A stretch of DNA of 64,000 nucleotides from a candidate division WWE3 bacterium RIFOXYC1_FULL_40_10 (GCA_001773215.1 MEWB01000001.1:151108-215107); one strand, 5' to 3'. Counted from the first letter of the stretch, positions 9,878 through 19,324 are shown. Program-made: numbers and translations. Notes: generated from the sequence alone by a model not told the origin.

Positions 9878-12070
9878 ATGAATCAGGTGGAAACAATAAC
9901 AATTAAAGAATATCTTGATACGAAAGGCATACCATACAAAGAAAAGGGTAAAGAGCTTATAACAGCATGTGTTTTCAATAGCTGCGACAGCGACAGTCAT
10001 GCAGGTGAGGAACACTTATATTTTGATGCAGACACTTCTCAATATAAATGTTTCAAATGCGGTGAGACTGGAAATATCTTCACGCTTTGTGAGTTTTTAG
10101 GCGATGACAAGAAAACAGTAATTAAACAAAGTACTTCTGTGGGAACGGCAAGAGGCGTCAAAATTACTCTTGAGCAAATAGAAAGCTATCATAAAGCCCT
10201 ACCAGACCGCATAAAAAAATATCTTGAGGAAAAGAGAGGTATATCCACAGACTGGCAAAATACTTTTATGCTAGGGTGGGGTTCTTTTTATGGGAAAAAC
10301 TGGATAGTTATACCTTACAAGGATGCAGTAGGTAACTTTTCCTACCTAAAGCTTAGACGAGACCCTGAAACTGGTGAGGGCGAAAAGTATATGCGATTCC
10401 CAAGCGGGGCTGAATCAGCCATATACGGCATCGAAGTGTTGAGGGAAGAACAAGACTTACTTCTGATAACGGAGGGGGAGTTTGACGCTATGGTTGCAAC
10501 CATAAACGGAATCTCTGCAATATCTTTTTCTACAGGTGCGGGTAGTTACAAAAATGAAATCCGAAAACATGCGGAGCAGCTAAAGAAAATCAAGAAAATT
10601 TATGTGTGTCTGGATGCCGATATTGCGGGTATCGCCGCATCTACTGAAGTTATGAAGGAGCTTTTAGCGTTTGCACCTGATGCGGAACTTTACAGAGTAG
10701 ATTTATCGGAAAAGGTTAGGGGTGTTGGTAAAGATATTACGGATTATTTTGCTAGCTGCGGAGGTACTCCTGATGAACTTATTTATAAACTGGCAACTCG
10801 TTTTACGAAAGAAGATGTTGGGAAGGTAAACAGAATAATAACTGTACCCAAACCACAAAAAGATGTGTCGATAGAAGGTTGGAGAAATATAATTATTTCA
10901 ACTTTCCCCACCTTGCTTTTTCCTGCGGAGCTGTCTTTGTCTGTTTTAGGGCAGCTACTTATAAACGATATTAGTAATCCTTTCGGTTTGGTTTTGGTAG
11001 GTATGCCTTCTTCTGGAAAAACCATTACTCTCAACTTCTTTTCTGATGTTGACGAGCTTGTGTTTTGCTCGGACAAGTTTAGTGCAGCAGCTTTTGTTTC
11101 CAACGCTTCAAATGTTAAGGCAGAAAAGTTAGCCGAAATAGACCTTTTGCCAAAAATTCGCTACAAACTTTTTGAAGTGCGGGACTTAGCGACTCTATTT
11201 AGTAAGCGTGACGACGACTTGAATGAAGCTCTCGGTTTACTTACAAGAGTATTTGACGGTGAAGGCATTTTTACAGATTCAGGCACTCACGGACACAGGG
11301 GTTACAAAGGTGAATATCTGTTTATGTTCTTAGGTGCAACAACGCCAGTTTCACCAAGAGTATGGAAAATGATGGGCAATTTGGGTAGCCGTCTTTTCTT
11401 TTACAACATTGATAGTCCCGCAAAGACGGAATCAGAACTCATGGAGCAGATTACAACAAGCTCTTATAAGCAGAAAGAGAAGAAATGTCGTGAGGTAACA
11501 AAAGATTTTGTTTATAGTTTATGGAACGAGCATCCGAAAGGCATTACTTGGAAAAAAGAATCCGACTCGCCAAGAGCAAAAAGCCTGGTAGCAAAATCCG
11601 CCATATTTTTGGCAAGACTTAGGGGCGTGATAAACATTTGGAAGGACAGAAACGAATATTGGAGTTCGGACGAATATAACTTCACCATGCCTGTGGTTGA
11701 GCAACCAGACCGCTTAAATCAACTTTTTTACAATCTTTCAAGAGGGCATGCTGTTATTTGTGGACGAGATTACATTGATGACACCGATTTGAAGTTTGTA
11801 ATTGAGTTGGCAATACAAAGTTCTGAATATGTAAGGTCTTCAATCATGCGTGGACTTCTGAAGAATGGAGGTAGTCTCAAAACCAGCCAGGTTGAAAAGT
11901 TATTAAATTGCTCAAAGCCTACAGCATTAAAAGAAATGGAGGTGTTAAAAATACTAGGCTTATGTGACTACCGTGAAGAACTAACACTAGGATACCCTGG
12001 CAATAGTGAGAAACTTCTTGTGCTAAAAGAAGACTTTATGTGGTTACTAGAGGAACTAAAAAGAGAATAA
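9878..12070 (+). CDS. DNA primase (zf-CHC2 + TOPRIM) fused to C-terminal P-loop NTPase domain; mobile-element replication initiator
   Basis: N-terminal zinc finger CVFNSCDSDSHAGEEHLYF...YKCFKCGETGN. TOPRIM LLLITEGEFDAMVA ... CLDADIAGIAAS. Downstream Walker A GMPSSGKT. Architecture matches P4-alpha/SaPI Pri-Rep-type proteins. Confidence 0.7.
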   Translation: MNQVETITIKEYLDTKGIPYKEKGKELITACVFNSCDSDSHAGEEHLYFDADTSQYKCFKCGETGNIFTLCEFLGDDKKTVIKQSTSVGTARGVKITLEQIESYHKALPDRIKKYLEEKRGISTDWQNTFMLGWGSFYGKNWIVIPYKDAVGNFSYLKLRRDPETGEGEKYMRFPSGAESAIYGIEVLREEQDLLLITEGEFDAMVATINGISAISFSTGAGSYKNEIRKHAEQLKKIKKIYVCLDADIAGIAASTEVMKELLAFAPDAELYRVDLSEKVRGVGKDITDYFASCGGTPDELIYKLATRFTKEDVGKVNRIITVPKPQKDVSIEGWRNIIISTFPTLLFPAELSLSVLGQLLINDISNPFGLVLVGMPSSGKTITLNFFSDVDELVFCSDKFSAAAFVSNASNVKAEKLAEIDLLPKIRYKLFEVRDLATLFSKRDDDLNEALGLLTRVFDGEGIFTDSGTHGHRGYKGEYLFMFLGATTPVSPRVWKMMGNLGSRLFFYNIDSPAKTESELMEQITTSSYKQKEKKCREVTKDFVYSLWNEHPKGITWKKESDSPRAKSLVAKSAIFLARLRGVINIWKDRNEYWSSDEYNFTMPVVEQPDRLNQLFYNLSRGHAVICGRDYIDDTDLKFVIELAIQSSEYVRSSIMRGLLKNGGSLKTSQVEKLLNCSKPTALKEMEVLKILGLCDYREELTLGYPGNSEKLLVLKEDFMWLLEELKRE

Positions 12071-12154
12071 TTAAGTTATAATTACACATAGTGTCATGTA
12101 TCCTTTATCGATAAAGATAATCTGACGCTGTATCTGCCCAGAAAGAAGTATTTT

Positions 12155-13750
12155 ATGAGATTAGCTTTTTATGGCAGAGTAAGCACTCAAAGACAGGAAA
12201 AAGAAGAAACGATAGAAAACCAACTTTTGGTAGTTAAAGAAAAATTTGAGAAGGAAGGTCATGTATTTGTTAAGGATTATATCGATGAAAATTGGTCGGG
12301 GATGGTTTTGGAGAGACCTGATTTAGACCAATTAAGGCTTGATGCTGCTTCTGACTTATGGGAGGGCATTGCAATGTACGATACCGATAGATTAAGCCGC
12401 AAGTATATGCACCTGTGTATCCTACAGGAAGAGTTTGAGAAGGCAGGGAAGCAGCTATTGTTTGTTACGATTAAGACACCCGAAAATGATGAAGACCGTC
12501 TGATGTTTGGAATAAAAGGCTTGTTTAGTGAATATGAACGCTACAAAATTTCTGAAAGATTTAGATTAGGGAAGTTACGAAAGGCTCGTTCAGGGCAATT
12601 GATAATTTCACATGCACCTTTTGGGTATCGCCTCTTTAAAAAAACCGACAAAGAACATACTAGGATTGAAATAGAGCCTTACGAAGCAGAAGTAATAAAA
12701 ATGATTTTTACATGGCTTGGCGAAGAGGGTTGTAGCATCAGAGAAGTTATAAGAAGGCTTACAGATAAAGGTATACAGCCAAGAAAGAGCATGCGTAAAG
12801 TTTGGGCAACTTCCACAATAAATAACTTTATACACAACGAAACATATATGGGGACGGCATATTTTGGAAAATCTAAAGCTATAGAACCTAAAAACCCATT
12901 AAAGATTGAAAAGTATAAGCGGATAAAGAAGACTAGCCGTGTTCTTAGACCTAAAGAGGATTGGATACTAATAAAAGTTCCAACTATAATTACAGAAGAG
13001 CTATACAACAAAGTAAGAGCTAGGATGGAAGTTAACTCAAAATTTGCACCTAAGAATAAAAAACATGAGTACCTGTTAACTAGCTTGGTTGCATGTCCAT
13101 GTGGCTACAACAGAGTGGGGGAGCAAGGAAGGTATTACAGATGCAGCCAGCGTATTTATACATTTCCAGTAAAACAGTCCTGTACAGAAGGTGGTGTTGA
13201 TTCCAGCATGCTAGATTCTATGGTATGGCAGGAAATTTCTCAGCTCTTGTTGCAAAAAGACCTGATACTCGACTATTACAATAGGTGGACTGACTCGTTA
13301 AATGCTAAACACAATACTTATGAATCTCAAGTTAAGCCCTTAGAAAGAGGCTTAGACAGCTTAGAACGAGAATCTGCAAGGTATGTGAAAGCATTTGGTG
13401 CTGGATTGCTCGACTTTCAACAGTTTCAGGAGCTAAAAGTAGAGTTGGACAATAAAAGGTTATTGTTACAGGCTCAAATAAGTGTTAAAAAGTCTAGTGC
13501 AGACGAAGCGAAACGGACTCACTTAACAGAGGGAATGGTTGACACTTATTGCCAATTTGCATCAGCAGCGTTAAACGGTTTGTCATTTCAACAGAAACAA
13601 GAGATACTTAGAACGGTGGTTGAGAAGGTTACAGCCACACAAAAGGAAGCAATTATTTATGGTTACATACCCGTTAAAAAACTTAATACAAAGGAGGATA
13701 TCCTAAATGTCGAGCAGCGTCCTATCCATAGGAATCATTGGATTGCCTAA
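12155..13750 (+). CDS. Large serine recombinase (serine integrase)
   Basis: Catalytic N-terminus MRLAFYGRVSTQRQ (Y-x-R-V-S-T-x-x-Q). Recombinase domain, Cys-rich zinc ribbon CPCGYNRVGEQGRYYRCSQR and coiled-coil C-terminus. 531 aa. Confidence 0.8.
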   Translation: MRLAFYGRVSTQRQEKEETIENQLLVVKEKFEKEGHVFVKDYIDENWSGMVLERPDLDQLRLDAASDLWEGIAMYDTDRLSRKYMHLCILQEEFEKAGKQLLFVTIKTPENDEDRLMFGIKGLFSEYERYKISERFRLGKLRKARSGQLIISHAPFGYRLFKKTDKEHTRIEIEPYEAEVIKMIFTWLGEEGCSIREVIRRLTDKGIQPRKSMRKVWATSTINNFIHNETYMGTAYFGKSKAIEPKNPLKIEKYKRIKKTSRVLRPKEDWILIKVPTIITEELYNKVRARMEVNSKFAPKNKKHEYLLTSLVACPCGYNRVGEQGRYYRCSQRIYTFPVKQSCTEGGVDSSMLDSMVWQEISQLLLQKDLILDYYNRWTDSLNAKHNTYESQVKPLERGLDSLERESARYVKAFGAGLLDFQQFQELKVELDNKRLLLQAQISVKKSSADEAKRTHLTEGMVDTYCQFASAALNGLSFQQKQEILRTVVEKVTATQKEAIIYGYIPVKKLNTKEDILNVEQRPIHRNHWIA

Positions 13751-14819
13751 TGTAGGCAAATCTACTTTATTTAATGCGTTGTTAAAGAGACAGGCTGCTT
13801 TGGTTGCAAACTATCCCTTTGCGACAATTGAGCCAAATATAGGAATGGTGGACGTCCCTGACAGTAGATTACATAAAATGGCGGAGTATGTGAGAAATGA
13901 TTATGGTCGAAAGTTGGGGGATAGGGAAGTGCCCGAGAAAATTATTCCCGCTGTTGTGAAATTTTACGATATCGCAGGTTTAGTTAAGGGAGCCAGCCAG
14001 GGTGAAGGACTAGGTAACGAATTTCTTGGTCACATCCGAGAGGTAGACGCCCTAATTCATGTTGTAAGAGACTTTTCAGACGAAAATATTATAAGATCCG
14101 GATCTGTTAGCCCTAAAGAAGATGTATCAATCATAGAAACCGAGCTTATTTTGTCGGATTTGGCAGTTATAGAAAAAATAATTAATACTTTGTCTGCAGG
14201 GAATAAGTCTATTAAGAACCCTAAAGTTACTCAAAAAATTGACATCCTTAATACAGTGAAAACCAATTTCGAAAAAGGTGTGTCTGCCAGATCTATAGGT
14301 TTATCAGAGAAAGAAATAGAAGTAATCTTTGACGTTCCTTTATTAACTCTGAAGCCGGAGCTGTATTTATACAATGTAGATGAGGATGAAGTAGCGGAAA
14401 AATCTAAAGCAGACTCTGATAGTTCGATTTTTCTCTGTGCAAAGATTGAATCAGAGTTAGCGGGATTTTCCGAGGAGGAAAAAATTCAATACCTCACACA
14501 TTTAGGGTTGCAAGAGAGCGGATTAGATAGGGTAATCAGAAAAGGCTATAAACTGCTATCCTTGCAGAGCTTCTTAACGATGGGACCAAAGGAAGTTAGG
14601 GCATGGACGATAAAAAAAGGCACTAACGCCAGAAAGGCATCTGCAAAGATCCATACCGACTTTGAAAAAGGCTTCATAGCGGCGGATATAATAAATTTTG
14701 ATGAATTGGATAAGATTCAAAGCCTTAGAAAAGCAAGAGACTTGGGTTTAGTTAGACTTGAAGGGAAGGACTATTTAATGCAAGAGGGCGATGTAGTTGA
14801 GTTTAGAATAAATGTATAG
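13707..14819 (+). CDS. ychF: Ribosome-binding ATPase YchF (Obg-family GTPase with TGS domain)
   Basis: IGIIGLPNVGKSTLFNAL P-loop at N-terminus. C-terminal TGS-like segment. About 365 aa length typical. Confidence 0.85.
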   Translation: MSSSVLSIGIIGLPNVGKSTLFNALLKRQAALVANYPFATIEPNIGMVDVPDSRLHKMAEYVRNDYGRKLGDREVPEKIIPAVVKFYDIAGLVKGASQGEGLGNEFLGHIREVDALIHVVRDFSDENIIRSGSVSPKEDVSIIETELILSDLAVIEKIINTLSAGNKSIKNPKVTQKIDILNTVKTNFEKGVSARSIGLSEKEIEVIFDVPLLTLKPELYLYNVDEDEVAEKSKADSDSSIFLCAKIESELAGFSEEEKIQYLTHLGLQESGLDRVIRKGYKLLSLQSFLTMGPKEVRAWTIKKGTNARKASAKIHTDFEKGFIAADIINFDELDKIQSLRKARDLGLVRLEGKDYLMQEGDVVEFRINV

Positions 14820-14900
14820 TATATTCCATTTTGCTTAGAAATTAATCGTGGACAAGCACTGCAGTTTGTATATAATGCAGACCGTACGAGGATTGAGCTT

Positions 14901-15188
14901 ATGAAAAAATATGAACTAATGTTAATAGCGAATATCGACCTTGGGGAGCAAGGTGCAAAGGACTTTTTTGTCTCAGTAAAGGATATGATCCAAAAAATGG
15001 AGGGTGCTATAGTTAGAGAGGATTACTGGGGGAAAAGGAAATTCGCGTACGAAATAAAAGGGAAATCCGAAGGTTTCTATAGTGTGTTGGAGGTTACCTT
15101 AGAAAGCGCCAGTTTGGCCGATTTGAAAACTAAACTTAATAGAACCTCCGGAGTAGTTAGATATTTAATTACAGCTTTGGCAAAATAA
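14901..15188 (+). CDS. rpsF: 30S ribosomal protein S6
   Basis: MKKYELMLIANIDLGEQ...REDYWGKRKFAYEIKGKSEGFY matches S6 pattern (HYEI.F...DWGRR.LAY). Conserved rpsF-ssb-rpsR order. Confidence 0.85.
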   Translation: MKKYELMLIANIDLGEQGAKDFFVSVKDMIQKMEGAIVREDYWGKRKFAYEIKGKSEGFYSVLEVTLESASLADLKTKLNRTSGVVRYLITALAK

Positions 15189-15209
15189 AGCCTGAGCTAA
15201 AAGGAGATT

Positions 15210-15665
15210 ATGGCATCAAGAAACTTAAATAAAGCCATATTGATTGGGAATCTCACAAGAGATCCTGAGTTGAGATACACTCCTCAAGGAGTTGCCGTAG
15301 CAAGTTTTGTAGTAGCTACAAATAGAGAGTGGAGCATAAACGGAGAGAAAAAATCCGCTGTTGATTTTCACAATGTGGTAGCTTGGAACAAACTGGCTGA
15401 AATTTGCGGTCAACTGTTAAATAAAGGGTCTAAAGTATATGTAGAAGGAAGAATTCAAACCAGGGACTGGATGGATCAGCAGAACGTGAAGCACTACAAA
15501 ACTGAGATTGTGATAGACGACATGATTTTACTTAAAGGTGGAAAAGATATGACAGGAACTCCCTCTGCGGAGACAGCACCTTCTCAGGAGCCCACAGGCG
15601 AAAGTGAAGACATTAATTTCGACGACTTGGATTTCGAAGACTTGTCAGTACCAGCTGCAGAATAA
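15210..15665 (+). CDS. ssb: Single-stranded DNA-binding protein
   Basis: LNKAILIGNLTRDPELRYTPQG OB-fold N-terminus and acidic tail DDLDFEDL. Confidence 0.9.
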   Translation: MASRNLNKAILIGNLTRDPELRYTPQGVAVASFVVATNREWSINGEKKSAVDFHNVVAWNKLAEICGQLLNKGSKVYVEGRIQTRDWMDQQNVKHYKTEIVIDDMILLKGGKDMTGTPSAETAPSQEPTGESEDINFDDLDFEDLSVPAAE

Positions 15666-15675
15666 GATTTATTTA

Positions 15676-15699
15676 GGAAGGGGGCTTCGGCTCCCTTCC
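15676..15699 (+). terminator. Intercistronic GC-rich hairpin with UUCG-type tetraloop between ssb and rpsR (no U-tract)
   Basis: ggaagggggcTTCGgctcccttcc. Not followed by T-run, so more likely attenuator/processing/stability stem than full terminator. Confidence 0.3.
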
Positions 15700-15712
15700 A
15701 CCACAGAAAAAT

Positions 15713-15976
15713 ATGAAAGAAGCAAAAAAAACAACGAGAAAAAAGACTATAAATACTAAAAATACAAGGGAAGCTTTGCCTTCGTTTGAAAGATTAGATA
15801 TTGAACCGAACTACAAGGATGTTTTGGTTTTAAGAAGGTTCATTAATGACCGTGGAAAAGTTCTTCCTCAGAAATACACTTCCTTGTCCTCACGTAACCA
15901 AAGAAAGTTATCTTCAGAGGTCAAAAAAGCCCGTTTCATGGGATTGCTACCTTATACAGACAGACACATGTTGTAG
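15713..15976 (+). CDS. rpsR: 30S ribosomal protein S18
   Basis: LRRFINDRGKVLPQKYTSLSSRNQRKLSSEVKKARFMGLLPYT matches S18 signature. Confidence 0.85.
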   Translation: MKEAKKTTRKKTINTKNTREALPSFERLDIEPNYKDVLVLRRFINDRGKVLPQKYTSLSSRNQRKLSSEVKKARFMGLLPYTDRHML

Positions 15977-16005
15977 TCTTCTAATCTACCAGGTATCATA
16001 TCTAC

Positions 16006-17082
16006 ATGCCCGTTCTAGCTGCTTGCTTTGGATATTCCGGAGCTTACTTTTTAATCGAAACACCTAAAAATAAGAAAAGTGAATTCAACTTCGTGACCTT
16101 TCCCTATACTTATATTCCTGCGATATGTGGGGATTATTGTGATTCCAAAAAGTTTAATACTTACCTTATGGAGAAAATAGCAGGGGATTTTGGAGCAAAA
16201 CTGTCGGATTTTGATATTTTAATTACCGACGTTTACGACTACCCCCGTGTTACGTTCGAGCCAACCCAGTTTGTAACTCTCAACAGACTATTCCAGGCTA
16301 CATCAGGTCCCTACCCAATATATGTTTCTAACCATTCAGTTAGAACCAAAAAGGCAGCAATTGGCATAAACCTTCTTAAAGGGGTGGAAACTCAGTCGGG
16401 TCACGAAAATTTTGAACTTAACTTTGGAAAGATATTTAGCCCGAACGAACTCGAGTATATCTACAACCACGAGATTTACCCTCAAATATCTGCTGTGGAC
16501 TTGTCTACCAGAATTGATTTGGATCGGAATATCGTTAATATGGTAACCAAGGAGACAGATATTGGTATAAGTGCCGACAGTAATCAACTGATCTTCATGG
16601 GGGCGAGGTTTATCGATAGAATTCTAGATCCCGAACTGGATTACGTCTTGGCGTTGGATTTTATCCAGAATCCCGGAGTATATTCGGTTTATATTGACCG
16701 AAATAATGCATTTATACTTTTGTCACTACTCAGTTTGCATAAAACCGACGCAGAAATCAACTTCGACAAATACCTGGAGAAGGCGGGAACAGTTATTAGA
16801 ACTCACGGTGAAACTGAATGTTTAATAAAATCCGGTAGTAGTACTGGCCAGATATTCACGCTTATCGAAAACGAAGTATTCGTGGTGCCCCTGGATGAAA
16901 ATTCGATGGCGGAAGTGCAAGTTAGAGGGTCTCATGTCGAAAAAGGTGTTGTGGCTAATGTTAAAGGGGGAAAGGTGGGAATTATTTTTGACACCATGCA
17001 AAGAAACGTCCTCATCTCAGATGATAGGAAAGCTCTAAACAATTGTATCAAGTTTTTCGAGTCCTCTATCAAAGGCGTTTAA
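16006..17082 (+). CDS. Hypothetical protein
   Basis: 358-aa ORF with coding-like composition. No recognised motif. Confidence 0.4.
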   Translation: MPVLAACFGYSGAYFLIETPKNKKSEFNFVTFPYTYIPAICGDYCDSKKFNTYLMEKIAGDFGAKLSDFDILITDVYDYPRVTFEPTQFVTLNRLFQATSGPYPIYVSNHSVRTKKAAIGINLLKGVETQSGHENFELNFGKIFSPNELEYIYNHEIYPQISAVDLSTRIDLDRNIVNMVTKETDIGISADSNQLIFMGARFIDRILDPELDYVLALDFIQNPGVYSVYIDRNNAFILLSLLSLHKTDAEINFDKYLEKAGTVIRTHGETECLIKSGSSTGQIFTLIENEVFVVPLDENSMAEVQVRGSHVEKGVVANVKGGKVGIIFDTMQRNVLISDDRKALNNCIKFFESSIKGV

Positions 17083-17085
17083 GTT

Positions 17086-18081
17086 ATGTATGTACCTGTT
17101 TTAAAGAAAATTCATACTTCAATTAATACTCTGGTGGAAAGGGCTTTACCGGTTAGTGGTGCTATATATGTGAAGCCGGGGGTCGAGCTTAGGCCATTCG
17201 ATAAAGTGGGTGACTGCTTATTTTCCCATCAAATGATGCCGCTGCCCGATAAATTTAAGCCAAAAAAGAAAATAGTTCCTGGAGGTAGAGAGAATTTTAG
17301 AAGGGATTCAGTAGTAGGGCACTTAGCCAGAGAAAGAATAATTGCACCTTTTGACGGAGATTTGGTGTTCGACGGAGAAGTCTATGTTTTTAAGGAAATC
17401 GAAAAAAAACATAGTTTGTTATCGGGAGTTTGGGGTACGGTCTCGGAGGTAATTCCCTCTATGTCGGTGCTTATTAAAACACAGGTCGCTGATATAGCCT
17501 TTGCCCTGGCCACTCCGGTTGTTGCGTCGGGGGAAATGGTGATCTTTCCAAACCCAACGGAGATACTTGAAGAGTATTATCTTGAGAGTTTCTTAAAGAA
17601 TCCGTTAGGCAAAGTGGTATATATAGGAAATTATGTGAAAGAAGATGTTGTTGAAAAAGCCCATAAGCTGGGAATTGGAGCTGCAATATGCGGCAGTACA
17701 ACCAAAAAAGCGTTTGACTATGCCCTGAAGAATAAGTTTGGTTTGGGAGTAATTAGCGGTTACGGTAAGATGCAGGTTCCCTCGAGTGTTTACAATTACC
17801 TAAGTAAGATTTCGTATCGCCAAGTTTTCTTTGAGGGAGAGAGAAGTATACTGAGGGTACCGATTCCACTTGAAGAGTTTATGCAAAATAATGACAAGGG
17901 GTGTGTCTTGATCAAAGAAGTTCTCCCTGCCGACAAGGTGCAGGTTTTCCAAAAAAACTATTTTGGTAATATAGGAACGGTTGACAGAGTTGGTGAAAAT
18001 AGTATATTTGTAAGGTTCAAGACTGAAGATAAAAGTGTTATTGAGATCTTATCTCCGAATTTTTTTATACTTCAGGATTAA
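17086..18081 (+). CDS. Hypothetical protein
   Basis: 331-aa ORF starting 4 nt after upstream stop (translationally coupled). No recognised motif. Confidence 0.4.
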   Translation: MYVPVLKKIHTSINTLVERALPVSGAIYVKPGVELRPFDKVGDCLFSHQMMPLPDKFKPKKKIVPGGRENFRRDSVVGHLARERIIAPFDGDLVFDGEVYVFKEIEKKHSLLSGVWGTVSEVIPSMSVLIKTQVADIAFALATPVVASGEMVIFPNPTEILEEYYLESFLKNPLGKVVYIGNYVKEDVVEKAHKLGIGAAICGSTTKKAFDYALKNKFGLGVISGYGKMQVPSSVYNYLSKISYRQVFFEGERSILRVPIPLEEFMQNNDKGCVLIKEVLPADKVQVFQKNYFGNIGTVDRVGENSIFVRFKTEDKSVIEILSPNFFILQD

Positions 18082-18102
18082 CTGTTTTGAGTAGTCCCTA
18101 TT

Positions 18103-19320
18103 ATGAGTCCATTTGAGAAGTTTCAAAAATATTTATTATCCTTATTAATAGCTGTAAGTTTCTTTTATGGTGGGTATTATATTGGGCGTAGGGGATTTCA
18201 AATCGAATTAAAGAAAAGTCCACCGCAGATTGAATTTGTAAACAAAAACCCCACCGAGAAGAGTGTGGATTTTAGCTTATTCTGGGAGGTATGGGATATT
18301 GTAAACAATAAGTACTTAGAAAGGCCGATCGATGCGCAGAAAATGATATACGGTGCCATAGAGGGAATGGTTTCATCCTTGGGAGACTCCCATACCGAAT
18401 TTTTGCCTCCTCAGCTTAATCAGTCATTCGATGATTCGTTAAACGGGAAGTACCAGGGGATTGGTGCTGAGCTGGATGTGAAAGATGGGCAATTAATTGT
18501 TGTATCGCCTCTAGACGGATCCCCAGCCTTGAGTGCGGGGTTAAAGCCTGGGGATAAAATACTTGCGATTGGAGAAGATACAACATATGGCTTAGGAGTA
18601 ACAGAGGCAGTTTACAAAATAAGAGGAGACGCCGGTACTGTAGTAGAGCTTACAATCCAGACAAATGATGACAAACCCAGAAAAATGAATATAACAAGGG
18701 GTGTAATTTCGGTTGCCAGCGTTAAATGGGAAGATAAAGGAGAAGGAACTGTATACATACGAATTAGCCGCTTCGGTGGAGATACTGATACCGCTTGGGA
18801 TAAAGCTGTAGCGGAAATAAACACTAAAGTCACCGAACTGGATGTCATTGTCATAGATTTGAGAGGCAATCCAGGGGGATATCTTCAGTCGGCGGTGCAT
18901 ATTGCTGGGGAGTTTTTTAGAAATAAGCCGGTGTTATATGAGGAGAATGCCGCGGGTGAACAGATCCCGCTTAACACTAAAAGGGTGGGGAACTTTCAAA
19001 AAGTTCCCGCATTGTATGTTCTAATTGATGCAGGAAGTGCCTCCAGTTCTGAGATATTGGCTGCAGCGCTTCGAGATAATACAGGAGCCATTCTAATAGG
19101 AGAAAACTCCTTTGGCAAAGGAACAGTACAGGAACCAATAGAATTTGGTGATAAATCAAGTGTTCATGTAACGGTTGCAAAGTGGCTCACTCCAAAGAAA
19201 GAGTGGGTCCATAAGATTGGTATCAAACCTGAATTTGTGGTAGAACGTACAAATGAGGACTTTGATAAGGGTCAGGATCCGCAATTAGACAAAGCTCTCG
19301 AACTAGCCCAGGAAATATAA
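18103..19320 (+). CDS. ctpA: C-terminal processing peptidase, S41 family (PDZ-containing)
   Basis: PDZ GLKPGDKILAIGEDTT. S41 catalytic region VIDLRGNPGGYL. N-terminal TM. Confidence 0.8.
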   Translation: MSPFEKFQKYLLSLLIAVSFFYGGYYIGRRGFQIELKKSPPQIEFVNKNPTEKSVDFSLFWEVWDIVNNKYLERPIDAQKMIYGAIEGMVSSLGDSHTEFLPPQLNQSFDDSLNGKYQGIGAELDVKDGQLIVVSPLDGSPALSAGLKPGDKILAIGEDTTYGLGVTEAVYKIRGDAGTVVELTIQTNDDKPRKMNITRGVISVASVKWEDKGEGTVYIRISRFGGDTDTAWDKAVAEINTKVTELDVIVIDLRGNPGGYLQSAVHIAGEFFRNKPVLYEENAAGEQIPLNTKRVGNFQKVPALYVLIDAGSASSSEILAAALRDNTGAILIGENSFGKGTVQEPIEFGDKSSVHVTVAKWLTPKKEWVHKIGIKPEFVVERTNEDFDKGQDPQLDKALELAQEI

Positions 19321-19324
19321 GCCT

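Larger units (their letters stand above)
7400..13750. mobile_element. Putative integrative element (PICI/satellite-like): TerS-like, hypotheticals, primase-helicase, serine integrase. Right end at ychF 5' end. Left boundary approximate.
   Basis: Contiguous same-strand block of phage/plasmid-type genes, local GC anomaly at left side, integrase gene terminating inside the start of a core gene. Confidence 0.45.

Noticed and set aside
10783-11103. 106-aa minus-strand ORF
   Set aside because: Antisense inside the primase gene. No independent support.
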